Positions 25,285 through 35,463 of a DNA stretch of 50,041 nucleotides are shown here, one piece after another (position 1 is the first letter of the stretch; every line of letters begins with the position of its first letter). Source of the stretch: a virus (Duplodnaviria > Caudoviricetes); the IMG/VR virus record IMGVR_UViG_3300044478_000087, positions 1 to 50,041 of that record; one strand, written 5' to 3'. A program made the translations under genes and the position numbers. Below the pieces are notes generated by a model. It saw only the letters and a program-made list of their open reading frames with translations. It was not told where the DNA came from and made no database searches.

Positions 25285-27999
25285 CTATTCCTGCACCAGT
25301 ATCCGCTCTGTGTACGCCTGGTCGGTCCCCAATTGCTTAAAAAACCCGGCGATCTTCCAGCACTGAAACGTCGTGACTACTGAGAGAATCGTAACCCTCC
25401 AGATGCGACCGCGCAAGCCCGGAGGGAGGGGATAGGACACCCCTTGCCGCCGCACGGTGGCCGGGAGCATGTCCTGGAACACCTGGAGACTGTCCGCCCA
25501 GATGGTGATGGTCGTGTTTTCCGGGGAGTCGAGGTCCAGCTCGAGGCGCTTGAGCTGTTGGATGAACTCGAAGGCGACGTATCCCGAGTCGAGGAAGTTG
25601 TGCCGCTGGGGCTGCGGCTCGAAGGTGATGCCCACACGGCTGATGACCAGCGCGGCGTTGAGGTTGCCTTCCAGTTCGAGTGCTACATCGTGCCGCAGGA
25701 CGCTGGGTGCCCCACTGACGATGGCCTGGCCAACCGCACTGGTGGTCGCCATACTTCCCAGGGATTCGGACTCTTCCCCGCGGTCATAGTATCCTGTAAT
25801 GCTGAGGGATTGGCCTGAGGTTTGCCCTTCCACAGTGATGGAGCTCAGATACTTGTCGTATTGGGGGACCCCACCGTCGAACGCCTTGGTGCGAAATTTG
25901 ACCGGGATAGTGGTCCCCTGGTCGCTGTAGGCCACCGGGTCTTCGACACGGTAGATGTTGCCGTCGTCCGCGCCGGCCAGAAGTTCCCGCGCCTCGGGAT
26001 CGGCCAGGAGCGCGCTGAGATTGGCAAGGTTGCTGTACCCGAAGAAGCATTCGGTCAGCTGGGCGTTTCCGAGGTTGGGCTTCAGGACCAGGAAGGCGTT
26101 GAGGGTGCTTCCGGTCCCCTCGACATAGAGCATCATCACGGCGCTGCCGGTAGGCTCGTTCAAGAAGGCGAGCCGGACCAGCGCCATAATATCTGGGTCG
26201 GTGCTCCATCCCGCCTGGCCGTCGACCGTGAGCCCCTGAAAGAAGGGGTCGATGGCGCTCGTCAGCTTCACTTGGCGCCCGCCCAGGTCGGCGTAGATGC
26301 CGTCCTGGGAGACGAAGTAGAGCACCCCGTCCCCGCTGGCCACCGCGTGCTGCCCGACGGCCCCACGGCTGCCATCGATGGGCACCGGGAGGAATGTGTC
26401 CTCCCCCACCCCAACGACGTTGTAGGTCTTGTCGGTTGTCCAGACACGGATCTGGGTCGCCGTGGCGATGCCGGCGACTGCTCGGCTTGATCGATCCCCG
26501 ATGATGGCAAAATTATACCGCCCCCAGTTCTCGGCCCGGTTTTCCAGCCGCTCGTAGCCTTTGGAGAAGTAGAGCCGGTAGCCGTCGACGAGCATGAACA
26601 GGTGCCCGCTGCCCCCCGGCCCGAACACCACGCGGGTCGCCCCCGTGGGGGGGGCGTCGTTGTCTGTCTCCAAAACCTGGGGACGCAACAGTAAGGTGGC
26701 GTCGGACGTCGCGTCGACCCATGGACTGGCCGCCGTGTCGAGGATCTGTGTCACCAGCACCGGCTCAGTGAAGATGCCGCCCTTGCGCCAGATCATGATC
26801 CAATCAATCTGGCTATCCCCAGGATGCGCGGCCCCGCCCTGGAGCACGTTGCTGATGTCGAGGCTGATGCGCTGCCGGTTCGTGTAGATGGGGGTGGTGT
26901 ATTGCACGACCTCGCTGGCGTCGAGGGGAGGATTCCCGCGCCCCATGGTCGAGGAGTTCCGGTAGCACACGGTGTACTGGATGTTTCCTTCGATCCCCAC
27001 CCCACCCCGCAGCTTGAAGTCGTCGACCGAGAACCTGACGGCCCCGATGGAGTTCGCCAGGAACCCAATGCGCCAGGCCACCGCGTGCTGCCAGTGGCGG
27101 GCGGTGTCGCTCCCAAATCGGGCAAATTGGCTCTTGCGGATCTGCAGCTGGTTCCAGGTGGCGATCCCCTGGTTGATACTGGTGGGGCCAATGCGCACAT
27201 GGTAATAGTTTTTGCGGAAGGCATCCGCCACGCCGGTGGTCGCGGAGTCGACGTCGATGTCAATTTGGAGATAGGTGAGCCGCTCCGGGCGATCGATGTT
27301 GACCCACAGGTGGATGTAGTCATCCTGCCGGACCAGGGCATCCCCGCCTGTCAGGGTGTCCAGGTTGAGGGTCGGCGCATATTGGGTGATGGTCCCGAAA
27401 TTCGACGCATTGACAGAGCCCGTGACGCTTTGCGTCCCCTGGATAAAATAGGTGGTGTCGTTGGCCGGCCCACTCCCGAGGGAACTTCCTGTCCACTGGG
27501 CGGCGTTTTCCATGGCATTAATGAGGGTGGTCAGGTCGGCGGCCAGTGCCGCGCCGACCGGCGGGGCGGATGGCGCCTGGATGCCCATGGTGCTCACCGC
27601 ACTGCCGTTGTCCTTCACGGCCAGCCCCCCGGTGACCAGGTACTTGTACAGCGTGCCGTACCCGTCTGGCATGTTCGCGTCGCTGACGATGGGGGTTCCT
27701 GCCGTCCCGAGGCTCGTCGGGCTCCCCCAGGCCGCTGTGAGGCGGTAGACCATTGATCCGAGTTGGGCGTAGGAGTAGGTTGCGGCCGTGGTGACCAGGC
27801 GGGAGATAGCCACCACGGCCGCCCCGAGACTGCCTGAGGTGCGTCGCGTCCAGCCGGGCCGCCCGGTGATGGCTCCCAGCACGCGGTCCAGGCGGACGTT
27901 CGCCGCATGGCGTAGGCTGTCGTCCGGGATGGAGTCCGGCTCGCCGGTGAGCTGCGCCCCGCGCGTCCAGCGGGGGATGTCTAGGGGGCGGAATGGCAT
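25285..27999 (-). CDS. Tail nozzle / tubular protein B-like
   Basis: 904 aa, beta-rich; N-terminal AANVRLD...G.I..RPG and propeller-like G.LYFVSQDGIY; position after the adaptors. Confidence 0.7.
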   Translation of the reverse strand: MPFRPLDIPRWTRGAQLTGEPDSIPDDSLRHAANVRLDRVLGAITGRPGWTRRTSGSLGAAVVAISRLVTTAATYSYAQLGSMVYRLTAAWGSPTSLGTAGTPIVSDANMPDGYGTLYKYLVTGGLAVKDNGSAVSTMGIQAPSAPPVGAALAADLTTLINAMENAAQWTGSSLGSGPANDTTYFIQGTQSVTGSVNASNFGTITQYAPTLNLDTLTGGDALVRQDDYIHLWVNIDRPERLTYLQIDIDVDSATTGVADAFRKNYYHVRIGPTSINQGIATWNQLQIRKSQFARFGSDTARHWQHAVAWRIGFLANSIGAVRFSVDDFKLRGGVGIEGNIQYTVCYRNSSTMGRGNPPLDASEVVQYTTPIYTNRQRISLDISNVLQGGAAHPGDSQIDWIMIWRKGGIFTEPVLVTQILDTAASPWVDATSDATLLLRPQVLETDNDAPPTGATRVVFGPGGSGHLFMLVDGYRLYFSKGYERLENRAENWGRYNFAIIGDRSSRAVAGIATATQIRVWTTDKTYNVVGVGEDTFLPVPIDGSRGAVGQHAVASGDGVLYFVSQDGIYADLGGRQVKLTSAIDPFFQGLTVDGQAGWSTDPDIMALVRLAFLNEPTGSAVMMLYVEGTGSTLNAFLVLKPNLGNAQLTECFFGYSNLANLSALLADPEARELLAGADDGNIYRVEDPVAYSDQGTTIPVKFRTKAFDGGVPQYDKYLSSITVEGQTSGQSLSITGYYDRGEESESLGSMATTSAVGQAIVSGAPSVLRHDVALELEGNLNAALVISRVGITFEPQPQRHNFLDSGYVAFEFIQQLKRLELDLDSPENTTITIWADSLQVFQDMLPATVRRQGVSYPLPPGLRGRIWRVTILSVVTTFQCWKIAGFFKQLGTDQAYTERILVQE

Positions 28000-28002
28000 A
28001 GA

Positions 28003-28755
28003 TTAGACCTTCATTATGAAGAGCAGGCTGACGTATGGCGGTAGTATGCTCTGTGTCGCGCTCAGTTGGGTGTCCGTACTCCCCGTCACGTCGTGCGTGT
28101 GCGTCCCGCTGGCGACGGCCACCGTGGACACGGCGAGGTCGTTGTCGACAGTTTCCGTGGCGCTGGGCGTCGCGGTGGCGAGGGTCCCATCTGCCGTGTG
28201 GCTGTGAGCCAGGTTGATGGTGGCGGCCCCGCCGGTGGTCCCCTGGGCATACGTCGGGCCGGTCCCGACCACGAACCGATCCCGCAGATCGGGGGTCCCG
28301 CCTGTTCCGTCGCAGATCCGCCAGCCACCCGGTACCGCCGCCGCACTGCCGTACCACAGGACGATCGTGCCATAGGGGATGAGGCTGACGCCTGCCGCCG
28401 CGATCTCGTCCTTGAGCTGCTGGAGGTTGACTCCCTGGTCCGGACGTGATGCGGCCTGCAGGTTCAGCATCTGCAAGTTCTCGGCGTTCCACTTGGCTAA
28501 TCCCGTACTGGGGTCCAGCGTCTTGGTCAGCGCGTCCCGCTGCGGCACCGCGTCCATTTCGTCTACGGGGGTCCCCAGGTGGGTAATGCGTCGCCCCTGC
28601 ATGTCCACATCGCTGTAAAAGGCGGCTGTTCCACGCACGCCGGCCAGCTCGTCGATGGTGTTGGTCAGGTGTTGCAGCCAAAACTGGGTCGAGCGGCGTA
28701 TCTCCTCAACGGTCGTGCCGGTGACGCTCGGGGCGCCGAAGCTCTGCCGTGCCAT
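28003..28755 (-). CDS. Tail collar-domain / short fibre protein
   Basis: PYGTIVLWYGS...VPGGWRICDGTGGTPDLRDRFVVG; C-terminal LPPY..L.FIMK. Confidence 0.8.
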   Translation of the reverse strand: MARQSFGAPSVTGTTVEEIRRSTQFWLQHLTNTIDELAGVRGTAAFYSDVDMQGRRITHLGTPVDEMDAVPQRDALTKTLDPSTGLAKWNAENLQMLNLQAASRPDQGVNLQQLKDEIAAAGVSLIPYGTIVLWYGSAAAVPGGWRICDGTGGTPDLRDRFVVGTGPTYAQGTTGGAATINLAHSHTADGTLATATPSATETVDNDLAVSTVAVASGTHTHDVTGSTDTQLSATQSILPPYVSLLFIMKV

Positions 28756-29384
28756 TAGAGGCTAAGCCTCGGGGCGTGGAGGCCGCCCAGCTGGCCCAGG
28801 ACACGCGCCACGGGCAGATTCTGCACCTCGGTTTCGCGTGCCGCGACCATGCCCGCCGCCCGCCACACCAGGTAGTCATCCCAGTCCAGCAGCGTCGGCA
28901 GGGTGTCCCCTTCGTTTTCCACGCCGCCCGAGAGGTCCTCGGTGAGGAAAATGACCAGGTTGTCCTCGGTGTCGAAGAGCAGCGGCACTGGGGGGAAGTG
29001 CGGCAGTGCGCTGCCGGTGCGTACTGGTGTGGGTACCAGGCGGATCACGTTGGGCGCTTGGTTGTCGGTGAGCCAGTAGACCGGCTCCCCACTGAGCGAT
29101 TCCCATCCCGGCTTGGTTCGGTCGAGAGCGCGTTCCGTGGTGAACCGCAGCGCTGTGTCGTTGTAGAGCACCTGGTCCACGTGCACCGCAGTGGCGGGGA
29201 GCGTGTACTGGGACTGCCCGGCCACGGTATTGACCCACACAATGTTGGTGAAGGCGCCTTTCCTGACGAGTTCCTGGATGGCTTCCCGGTGTGCTTCCAT
29301 CAGTTCCTCGGTGACCGTGGGGTCTGGGCGCGTCTCCTGGAGTAGATCGCGGATGCGTACGAGTTGGTCGCCCAGCGTGGTCAT
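28755..29384 (-). CDS. Head-tail adaptor/ring protein, paralog 4
   Basis: TVAGQSQYTLP, W....GEP.YW, IRLVPTP; AGGAG RBS before ATG 29384. Confidence 0.7.
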   Translation of the reverse strand: MTTLGDQLVRIRDLLQETRPDPTVTEELMEAHREAIQELVRKGAFTNIVWVNTVAGQSQYTLPATAVHVDQVLYNDTALRFTTERALDRTKPGWESLSGEPVYWLTDNQAPNVIRLVPTPVRTGSALPHFPPVPLLFDTEDNLVIFLTEDLSGGVENEGDTLPTLLDWDDYLVWRAAGMVAARETEVQNLPVARVLGQLGGLHAPRLSL

Positions 29385-30037
29385 GCGCTCCTCTCCTGGC
29401 GCCGTGGCACGCTGCCCAGCGCGGCTTGCACTTTGTTCACCCCGAGCGTCCCTTGGGGCTCGCCCTCTTTGGTCATCAGGATGCCGGCCGCGATGTCGGC
29501 AATGACCCGGTGATAGGCCTCTTGTACCTGGGGGACATCGCTGTCCTGGAGGAGTGGCGCAGGTGCCGCGTCGAACACCACGGTGACGGTCGTCTCGCCC
29601 AGCGGGCGTTTGTAGAGTCCCAGCCAGTACGGGCCGTAGGTCCAATAGTAGTCCACCCGCCCCTTATCCTTGAGCCAGTCGCGCGTGCGCGAGATGAGCG
29701 CCGGGACGGTGATCGGTCGCAGCTCTTTCAGCTCGTCTGTGGCGGCGTTGCGCACCGGTGCGTCCGCCATGACGTTGCCCAGCACCACCCGGCGGATGGT
29801 GCGTAGGCGGTTGCCGATGGTATTCCCGCCAGCGTCCTGGAGTGTGCGCGCGTCGATGAACGGCACGTCCGCGTTCACCGTGAGTGTCGCCCGTTGCCTG
29901 AGCAGTGCCGGGTAGTAGAGGCAGAGCAGGCGCTGGGCCGGGTTCACGCCGCTGCGGTCGATCTCGGCAGCGCCGTAAAACCGGCTCTGGTCGCCAAGCT
30001 TCAGCAGGACTAGTTCGCGGATGTCGCTCAGTGTCAT
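29381..30037 (-). CDS. Head-tail adaptor/ring protein, paralog 3
   Basis: MTLSDIRELV...LGD, N.AQR, LGLYKRP, D.DVPQV.EAYH.VI. Confidence 0.7.
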   Translation of the reverse strand: MTLSDIRELVLLKLGDQSRFYGAAEIDRSGVNPAQRLLCLYYPALLRQRATLTVNADVPFIDARTLQDAGGNTIGNRLRTIRRVVLGNVMADAPVRNAATDELKELRPITVPALISRTRDWLKDKGRVDYYWTYGPYWLGLYKRPLGETTVTVVFDAAPAPLLQDSDVPQVQEAYHRVIADIAAGILMTKEGEPQGTLGVNKVQAALGSVPRRQERSA

Positions 30038-30043
30038 GGCTTA

Positions 30044-30415
30044 TCACGTGCCGGCGCAAAAATACGTGACCGTCGCCACTGATCCGGAGGCATTCGACAT
30101 TGCGAGCGCGGCGAGGCTCGTCCCGCTCATCAGGTGCACCCCGCCGGCGTTGAGGGCGATCGGCTCGTTGTTGGCTGCCGTCCCGTAGGTGATCGAGACG
30201 TTGACGTTGCTCGTGATCAGCAACGCCGTGATGGTCGTCAGGCCGTACGTGTCAATCACGGCCACCGCTTGCTCTGTCGTGCTATCTGGGATCTCCACGG
30301 TGAACGGGCCAGCCCACTCATCAATGTTGAGCTCGCTGACAAGTGCCGGGAGGCCTACGGTGCCATGCCGCGATTTGACCAGCATTTTGACTTCAACCTT
30401 ACTTACCCCTGGCAT
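30044..30415 (-). CDS. Small beta-rich virion protein, similar to 46727-47104
   Basis: Shared pattern T.EI...T.L..LL.....I.......L.A.G....SG.....L...N.S. Confidence 0.6.
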   Translation of the reverse strand: MPGVSKVEVKMLVKSRHGTVGLPALVSELNIDEWAGPFTVEIPDSTTEQAVAVIDTYGLTTITALLITSNVNVSITYGTAANNEPIALNAGGVHLMSGTSLAALAMSNASGSVATVTYFCAGT

Positions 30416-30417
30416 GA

Positions 30418-30636
30418 CTAGGCCTCCTCCTGGGGCTGCTTGGCCCCCGCGTACGTGGGTCGGATGTGTGCGTTGAAGTACCGCCCTACGCTCTCGGCGT
30501 TGGTCATGGCGCGGTAGTGTTCCCGAGGAACGTCGGCGTAGGTGTAGGTGCTTCCGTTGGTCATGGCGACCGTCAGGACTTGGGATGCCTCGTCGTAGTC
30601 AACGTCACGGACGGCGGACGATTTCACTTTAATCAT
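30418..30636 (-). CDS. KTSC domain protein
   Basis: V.SS.V..V.YD.....L.V....GS.Y.Y.DVP...Y..M..A.SVGRYFN.HIR. Confidence 0.9.
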   Translation of the reverse strand: MIKVKSSAVRDVDYDEASQVLTVAMTNGSTYTYADVPREHYRAMTNAESVGRYFNAHIRPTYAGAKQPQEEA

Positions 30637-30637
30637 G

Positions 30638-31255
30638 CTACCGGCTCCCTGTCGCGAGGCGGACCAGGTTTTCTGTGCGGGCGTTGGCGAGCGAATCCAT
30701 CATTTTGCCAAGGTCTGCTGCGTACCGATACAACGCCAGATCGACGAGCATGCCGGGGTAGGGGATGGGCACCTCGTCGTCCAGTCCAGGGCGTTCCTGC
30801 CGCGTGACATAGACCCCTTTCACCGTGTAATTTAAGGTATTGTTGCTGTCTGGGGTCGGGAAAAGGTAGAGCCGCCGCTCCACGGTGCTGAAGAGGCGCG
30901 GCCGGGATTTTGTGGCGCTGTACTGTCGCGCGAGAACATTGATGTCACAATACTCTAAGTCGTACTGTTTTATTGTATCCCATAGGTAGATGCCGCGACG
31001 ATTTCTCACCCTGGGGGTGATTAACCGCCCCCAGTCTTCCGGGAGGGCATAATTGTTCACCCCATCTTCTGTCACGAACAGGAGTACGTCATTGCGCATG
31101 AGCTGCGGTACGTCCGCCATCTCACTCATGTCTATCAGTGCTTGCCATATGTAGAGTTCCAGAATCGCTGCGTCCGTGCGCCCGGTCGCCTCGTCCCGGA
31201 GCCCAAGGTTCTCGGCCCGAATCTGGAGCAAGTCGAGGAGTTCCTCGTACCTCAT
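30638..31255 (-). CDS. Head-tail adaptor/ring protein, paralog 2
   Basis: T.DGVNNYALPEDW, RP..F, LYLFPTPD, IP.P..LVD.ALY. Confidence 0.7.
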   Translation of the reverse strand: MRYEELLDLLQIRAENLGLRDEATGRTDAAILELYIWQALIDMSEMADVPQLMRNDVLLFVTEDGVNNYALPEDWGRLITPRVRNRRGIYLWDTIKQYDLEYCDINVLARQYSATKSRPRLFSTVERRLYLFPTPDSNNTLNYTVKGVYVTRQERPGLDDEVPIPYPGMLVDLALYRYAADLGKMMDSLANARTENLVRLATGSR

Positions 31256-31256
31256 G

Positions 31257-31931
31257 TTAGCGTCTCCACCGGCTACGGCCATGCCACCGCAGCTCCCGCA
31301 TGTATGTCGCATTGGCGAAGCGGGTCTTCAGCCTCGCCTCGCCGTTGACCAGAGTCCTCGTGGTCATGGTGCGCTCCTCGATGAGCAGTGGGGTGAGCTT
31401 GCCGGTGTCACAGGCTAAACGGTACAGGGTCTCCGCTGACACCGCGTCTTCGTACTCCGTGGGGATGTCGTAGTCTTCCGTGATCTCCGGCTCGTGGACC
31501 GCCTGGACCAGGTAGACGCCGTCCGGTGTCGGTTGGAGGTACAGCTTGTCGTTGGCCAGGGTAAACCGCACCGGCCTTCCCTGCGCGGCGCTCCTGAGCA
31601 GCTCGTAGCGTTGTGGCGTGTACCATTGGAGGTTGCGCGGCTTGGTCCCGTCGCTCTCGCAGATGGACAGACCGCTCTTGTCCGGCTCCTCCGGAACCAC
31701 GAATCCGTAGCTGGCCGGGATCTGGTACTCCTCAATGCCCGCCACCGTGCGCACGAGGTGCCGGTCAAGCTTGGCCAGGTGGAGCAGGGACCAGCGGTTG
31801 GCCAGGTGACGCAGCGCCACAAGGATGTAGTGGGCCACTTCCTCGGGGTCCCACTTGTCCGTAGCCGGATCGGTCAGCGCCAATCGTTGAATGCGAGGCA
31901 TCAGGTGCTGCGCCAATTCTGGGATTTTCAC
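31257..31931 (-). CDS. Head-tail adaptor/ring protein, paralog 1
   Basis: TVAGIEEYQIP, GRP.RF, LYLQPTPD, IP.EY.DAV....LY. Confidence 0.7.
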   Translation of the reverse strand: MKIPELAQHLMPRIQRLALTDPATDKWDPEEVAHYILVALRHLANRWSLLHLAKLDRHLVRTVAGIEEYQIPASYGFVVPEEPDKSGLSICESDGTKPRNLQWYTPQRYELLRSAAQGRPVRFTLANDKLYLQPTPDGVYLVQAVHEPEITEDYDIPTEYEDAVSAETLYRLACDTGKLTPLLIEERTMTTRTLVNGEARLKTRFANATYMRELRWHGRSRWRR

Positions 31932-31940
31932 GGCGCCCCC

Positions 31941-34121
31941 CTAATTGCTACAATCCGTCCCAGTTGAACTCGTATATAAACGCCCGTCCGCAGTGTCCAC
32001 GCATACCACCTTTTTTCCCCCCGCGCTGCCAGTGGTCTTGAGCGACTCCACATAGACCTGCCCGATGGTGGCACCCGCCCCGATCACTTTGAGGGCATCG
32101 CCGGTGTTGTTCCGCAAGTGCAGCATGGTGTGGCCGGTGCTCGCCGCCTTGTCCACCACGAGGCCTTCGGAGGCGGCATTGCCCCCTACCTGGAGGTCGC
32201 CCTTGTAGAATCGGGCGAGTCCACTGCCGGGGATGACTAACCAGGTGCCGTTGTTGTTCTTCGCCTCGATGAGCTCCCATCCCGTGTTGGCCCCCAGATC
32301 GATGAACAGACCCCGCTTGGCGTTGTCGTAGGTCCCCACCTGGAGGACGCCGAAGGGCGCGGCGACGTGTCGGGTGCCGGTCACGTTGAGGGCGTCCCCG
32401 TCGTTGTTTTTGAGCTTCATCAGGTCCCAGCTCGTATTGGCGCCCGTGTCCATGCGGAAGCCTCGGTAGGTGGGGTCGAACGCGCCACCTGCCTGGAGCA
32501 CGCCCCCAGAGGTGTAGATGCGCTCATTGCTCGCCCCCGAGGTCACGAAGGTCACTCCGGTCCAGGAGGAGAACTCCGGGGTGGGCGTCCCCGGAAAGGA
32601 ATTCCAGCCATAGCGCAGGTCGCTCACCGCCACCGCGCTATTGTCGATAATCCCTGTGGCGTAGGCCGTAGGACTGGAGTTCCAAAAGAAGTTGAGCCCG
32701 GTGCAGCGCGTGACGTTCACGGCATAGCCGACCCCGGCGCCCCCAGGGTGGAGGTAGTTGCCGATGATGTTGACATTGGAGTTGCTCTCGCCCGCCCCGG
32801 CGCCGATGCGCACAATTCTCGATGCGGGGAAGGATGCCCCGCCGCCCTCCATGTAGTTGTAGGCGATGTTCACGTTGTTGCTGCGCCGGAGTTCGATCCC
32901 CCAGGCATCGTTCAACTCGAAATCACTATTCGTGATGGAGATGCCGGAGACGGCGCTGGTGGCGCCTACCACGACCCCAATGAGGTTGCGCAGGATCTGT
33001 GCCCCCTCCATCATGAGCGCCCCGTTGTTCCCGTCGAGGAGCACCCCGGTGCCGAAGTTCTCGACCTGGATGTTGCGCATGCGCCAGCCGTAGTTGTTCT
33101 CCGCCATGTAAATGCCGGTGCCCGTGCGGTTGGCCGCCGGTCCGACGACCATCACCTCTTGGATGATGCCCCAGGCGCTGCTCACGTCGACATAGATGCC
33201 CGTAGTGCTTGCGGGCATAATCAGTTTGAAATTGCGTAGGCAAAAACCCTGCTGCTGGTTGGTTGTGGCCTCGCCAAGGGTAATGGCTGTGCCCGTTCCC
33301 GTGTACCGCAGGACTGTCGCGCCGGCCTGGTTTGATCGCGCGAGCACTGTCTCATAACTGTTGTGGGTCCACAGCCCCTCGCCGACAATACAGGTGGCCT
33401 GGCGCGTGGCGACGATTGGCGTGGAAAACACGTACTCCCCGGCCGGAATGCGGATGATGCCGCCTTCCACCCCTTTGAGGTTGTCGTCTTTGGCGTAGGC
33501 CGGCAGTGCCGCCAGGGCGTTGTTGATCTGCGCCCCAATGTCCGCGCCAGGGAACGTGGTGGCATCAATCCCCATGCCGGGTTGGCGCGGCCCCACCGGC
33601 GAGACGCCGGCGATGGCGCTGGCCGTGACCGTGGTCATGAGCATCCACGCGGAATTTGCCGGCAGTGTTGGGATGGTTGGCGTGGTCGACCCCTGGCACT
33701 TGACGTAGTAGGAGGTGGTTCCCACCCGCGTCCAGCCTGTGATGCCGTTGTTGTCGCTACTGATGACCGCCCAGCACACGTCGTTGGCCGCCGCCGGGTA
33801 GGTAATGGCGGTGGCCGTCTGGTTTACCCGCTCTGGGACAAACGCTTCGGTGGCGAACGACGCGGACGTCAACCCCCCGGCCGTGGCGTGGATGCCGCCG
33901 CTGTACACCCACGGGCGGTTGAACTTGCCCAGCGTCTGGGGGAGCTCATGCTCCAATTGCTCCCGCAGCTGTGTGGGGAAGGCCGCCGTGGTCTGCCCGC
34001 TCGGGTTAACCGGTGTGGTATTGAACGGGTCCACCCGGAGTGTGCTGTGGTTGGCAATCGCCCACAGGGGGAGCAGCACCGTGATGCCAATGAGGAGCCA
34101 TCCCAGCCACCTATTTTGCAC
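31941..34121 (-). CDS. Tail spike-like beta-helix (depolymerase-like) protein with N-terminal signal-like segment
   Basis: ADIGAQINNALAAL...GGIIRIPAGEY (pectate-lyase-3-like start), beta-helix repeats, repeated L..KNN.G..L C-terminal units. Confidence 0.75.
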   Translation of the reverse strand: MQNRWLGWLLIGITVLLPLWAIANHSTLRVDPFNTTPVNPSGQTTAAFPTQLREQLEHELPQTLGKFNRPWVYSGGIHATAGGLTSASFATEAFVPERVNQTATAITYPAAANDVCWAVISSDNNGITGWTRVGTTSYYVKCQGSTTPTIPTLPANSAWMLMTTVTASAIAGVSPVGPRQPGMGIDATTFPGADIGAQINNALAALPAYAKDDNLKGVEGGIIRIPAGEYVFSTPIVATRQATCIVGEGLWTHNSYETVLARSNQAGATVLRYTGTGTAITLGEATTNQQQGFCLRNFKLIMPASTTGIYVDVSSAWGIIQEVMVVGPAANRTGTGIYMAENNYGWRMRNIQVENFGTGVLLDGNNGALMMEGAQILRNLIGVVVGATSAVSGISITNSDFELNDAWGIELRRSNNVNIAYNYMEGGGASFPASRIVRIGAGAGESNSNVNIIGNYLHPGGAGVGYAVNVTRCTGLNFFWNSSPTAYATGIIDNSAVAVSDLRYGWNSFPGTPTPEFSSWTGVTFVTSGASNERIYTSGGVLQAGGAFDPTYRGFRMDTGANTSWDLMKLKNNDGDALNVTGTRHVAAPFGVLQVGTYDNAKRGLFIDLGANTGWELIEAKNNNGTWLVIPGSGLARFYKGDLQVGGNAASEGLVVDKAASTGHTMLHLRNNTGDALKVIGAGATIGQVYVESLKTTGSAGGKKVVCVDTADGRLYTSSTGTDCSN

Positions 34122-34233
34122 GCTTCTTCCCCTTCTTTGGTGCCTTCGCGCGCATCTCGTCCATCTCCTCGGCGCTCCTCATGTGCTGCGCCATTTTGCC
34201 CTTGGAGGTGCCTTTTTTCTTGCCGTTCTTCAT
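34111..34233 (-). CDS. Tiny Lys-rich peptide (40 aa, MKNGKKKGTSKGK...)
   Basis: ATGA-coupled to the upstream gene and overlapping the next start. Confidence 0.5.
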   Translation of the reverse strand: MKNGKKKGTSKGKMAQHMRSAEEMDEMRAKAPKKGKKRAK

Positions 34234-34418
34234 GAGTTTTTGCCTTTTTTGGGGAGCTTTGCCCCGGACTTTCTGGCTTTGGCGTAGGCGACTGCGGCTA
34301 ACATTTTGCGCTTCTTTTCACCACTGACGTTGGCGCGCGTGACCGTGCTCGGCTCGTCCGTGTACACCTCGCGGAATGCCGCTTCCAGCTTCTTCTTCGC
34401 GGCGGATTTCTTGGCCAT
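34230..34418 (-). CDS. Small basic protein
   Basis: AAGGAG RBS; K-rich, AAVAYAKARKSG. Confidence 0.65.
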   Translation of the reverse strand: MAKKSAAKKKLEAAFREVYTDEPSTVTRANVSGEKKRKMLAAVAYAKARKSGAKLPKKGKNS

Positions 34419-34429
34419 GCCCCGCTCCT

Positions 34430-35452
34430 TTAGATGATGTGGGGAACCCGCCGCAGTCCGTAACTCCTGATCAGCCCCTTGCTCTGGTAGCGCTCGGCGA
34501 AGGTCAGTAGCGCCCTCGGGTTCGTCCCGCTCAGGGTGACGTAGCACCCACGCTTGAAGTAGCCCCCGCTGGGACTGACGATCAGGTCCACCTGCTCCGT
34601 CTCGCTGGCCGCGCTGTTGCTCACCTGGGCGATGATGTTTCCCGCGTCCGCCGTGTTCGCCTGGTCCGTGTCGTAGACAGAGACGATGTTGTCCGCGGCC
34701 GCCCCCGCCAGGAGGTTGACGCTCGCCAGGCGCCCTGGCCCCACCGCCGCGTGTCCAGAGCCGGTCATGAGCAGGGTGGCGGGGTAGCGTTCCTTCTGCG
34801 GGTAGACGCGGGTGTCGTCGACGACGATGGCATCAAAGAGGAGGACCCCCGCCGTCGTCCCGGCGTCGATTCCCATGGCTCCCAGGCGGGCCTGGGTGAG
34901 TGCCGCACTGGCGATGCTGCCCACCTGCGCCCCGACCTGCCCGCCATTGAGAAAAAAGTCACAGGTGCCGTTGGCGCCCGTGCCAGTGTTGATGCTCAGC
35001 TCCACGCTGTGCCACCGTCCCCGCTCCAGGGGCGAACTGCGGAGCGTCGCGCCCCCCGTATCGCCCGCGCGGATTTCGATCACCCCGGCGTTATTAAAGA
35101 GGTTGATGCTGAATTCAATGACCGGCCCGGCGCTGTCCCAACGGAGGATGTCGAAGGTGTCCGATGCGGCCATAGTCAGCGTGCGGGAGACAAACAGATA
35201 GAACCTCACGTGGGCCGCTGTGTTGGCGTTGACGTCGAAGCCTTCCAATTCGGTGAGCAGCGCATCGTTGGTCCCGCCGGCCAAGTCGATCCGCATGCAG
35301 TAGGCCCCAGCCCAGGGGATGTCGACTATGGGGCTCCCGGCCAGCAGAGGATAATGGACGATGTCAAGCTTGTTGTCGGTATCTGTTTCTGAATTAAATG
35401 AACCTATCGTCCCTAGCTCAAAATGCTCATTGAAGGTGAAGGGGAACGCCAT
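34430..35452 (-). CDS. Concanavalin/LamG-like beta-sandwich virion protein
   Basis: GRWHSVEL, FFLNG, L.FDAIVVDD. Confidence 0.6.
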   Translation of the reverse strand: MAFPFTFNEHFELGTIGSFNSETDTDNKLDIVHYPLLAGSPIVDIPWAGAYCMRIDLAGGTNDALLTELEGFDVNANTAAHVRFYLFVSRTLTMAASDTFDILRWDSAGPVIEFSINLFNNAGVIEIRAGDTGGATLRSSPLERGRWHSVELSINTGTGANGTCDFFLNGGQVGAQVGSIASAALTQARLGAMGIDAGTTAGVLLFDAIVVDDTRVYPQKERYPATLLMTGSGHAAVGPGRLASVNLLAGAAADNIVSVYDTDQANTADAGNIIAQVSNSAASETEQVDLIVSPSGGYFKRGCYVTLSGTNPRALLTFAERYQSKGLIRSYGLRRVPHII

Positions 35453-35463
35453 AGTCAGCCTCG

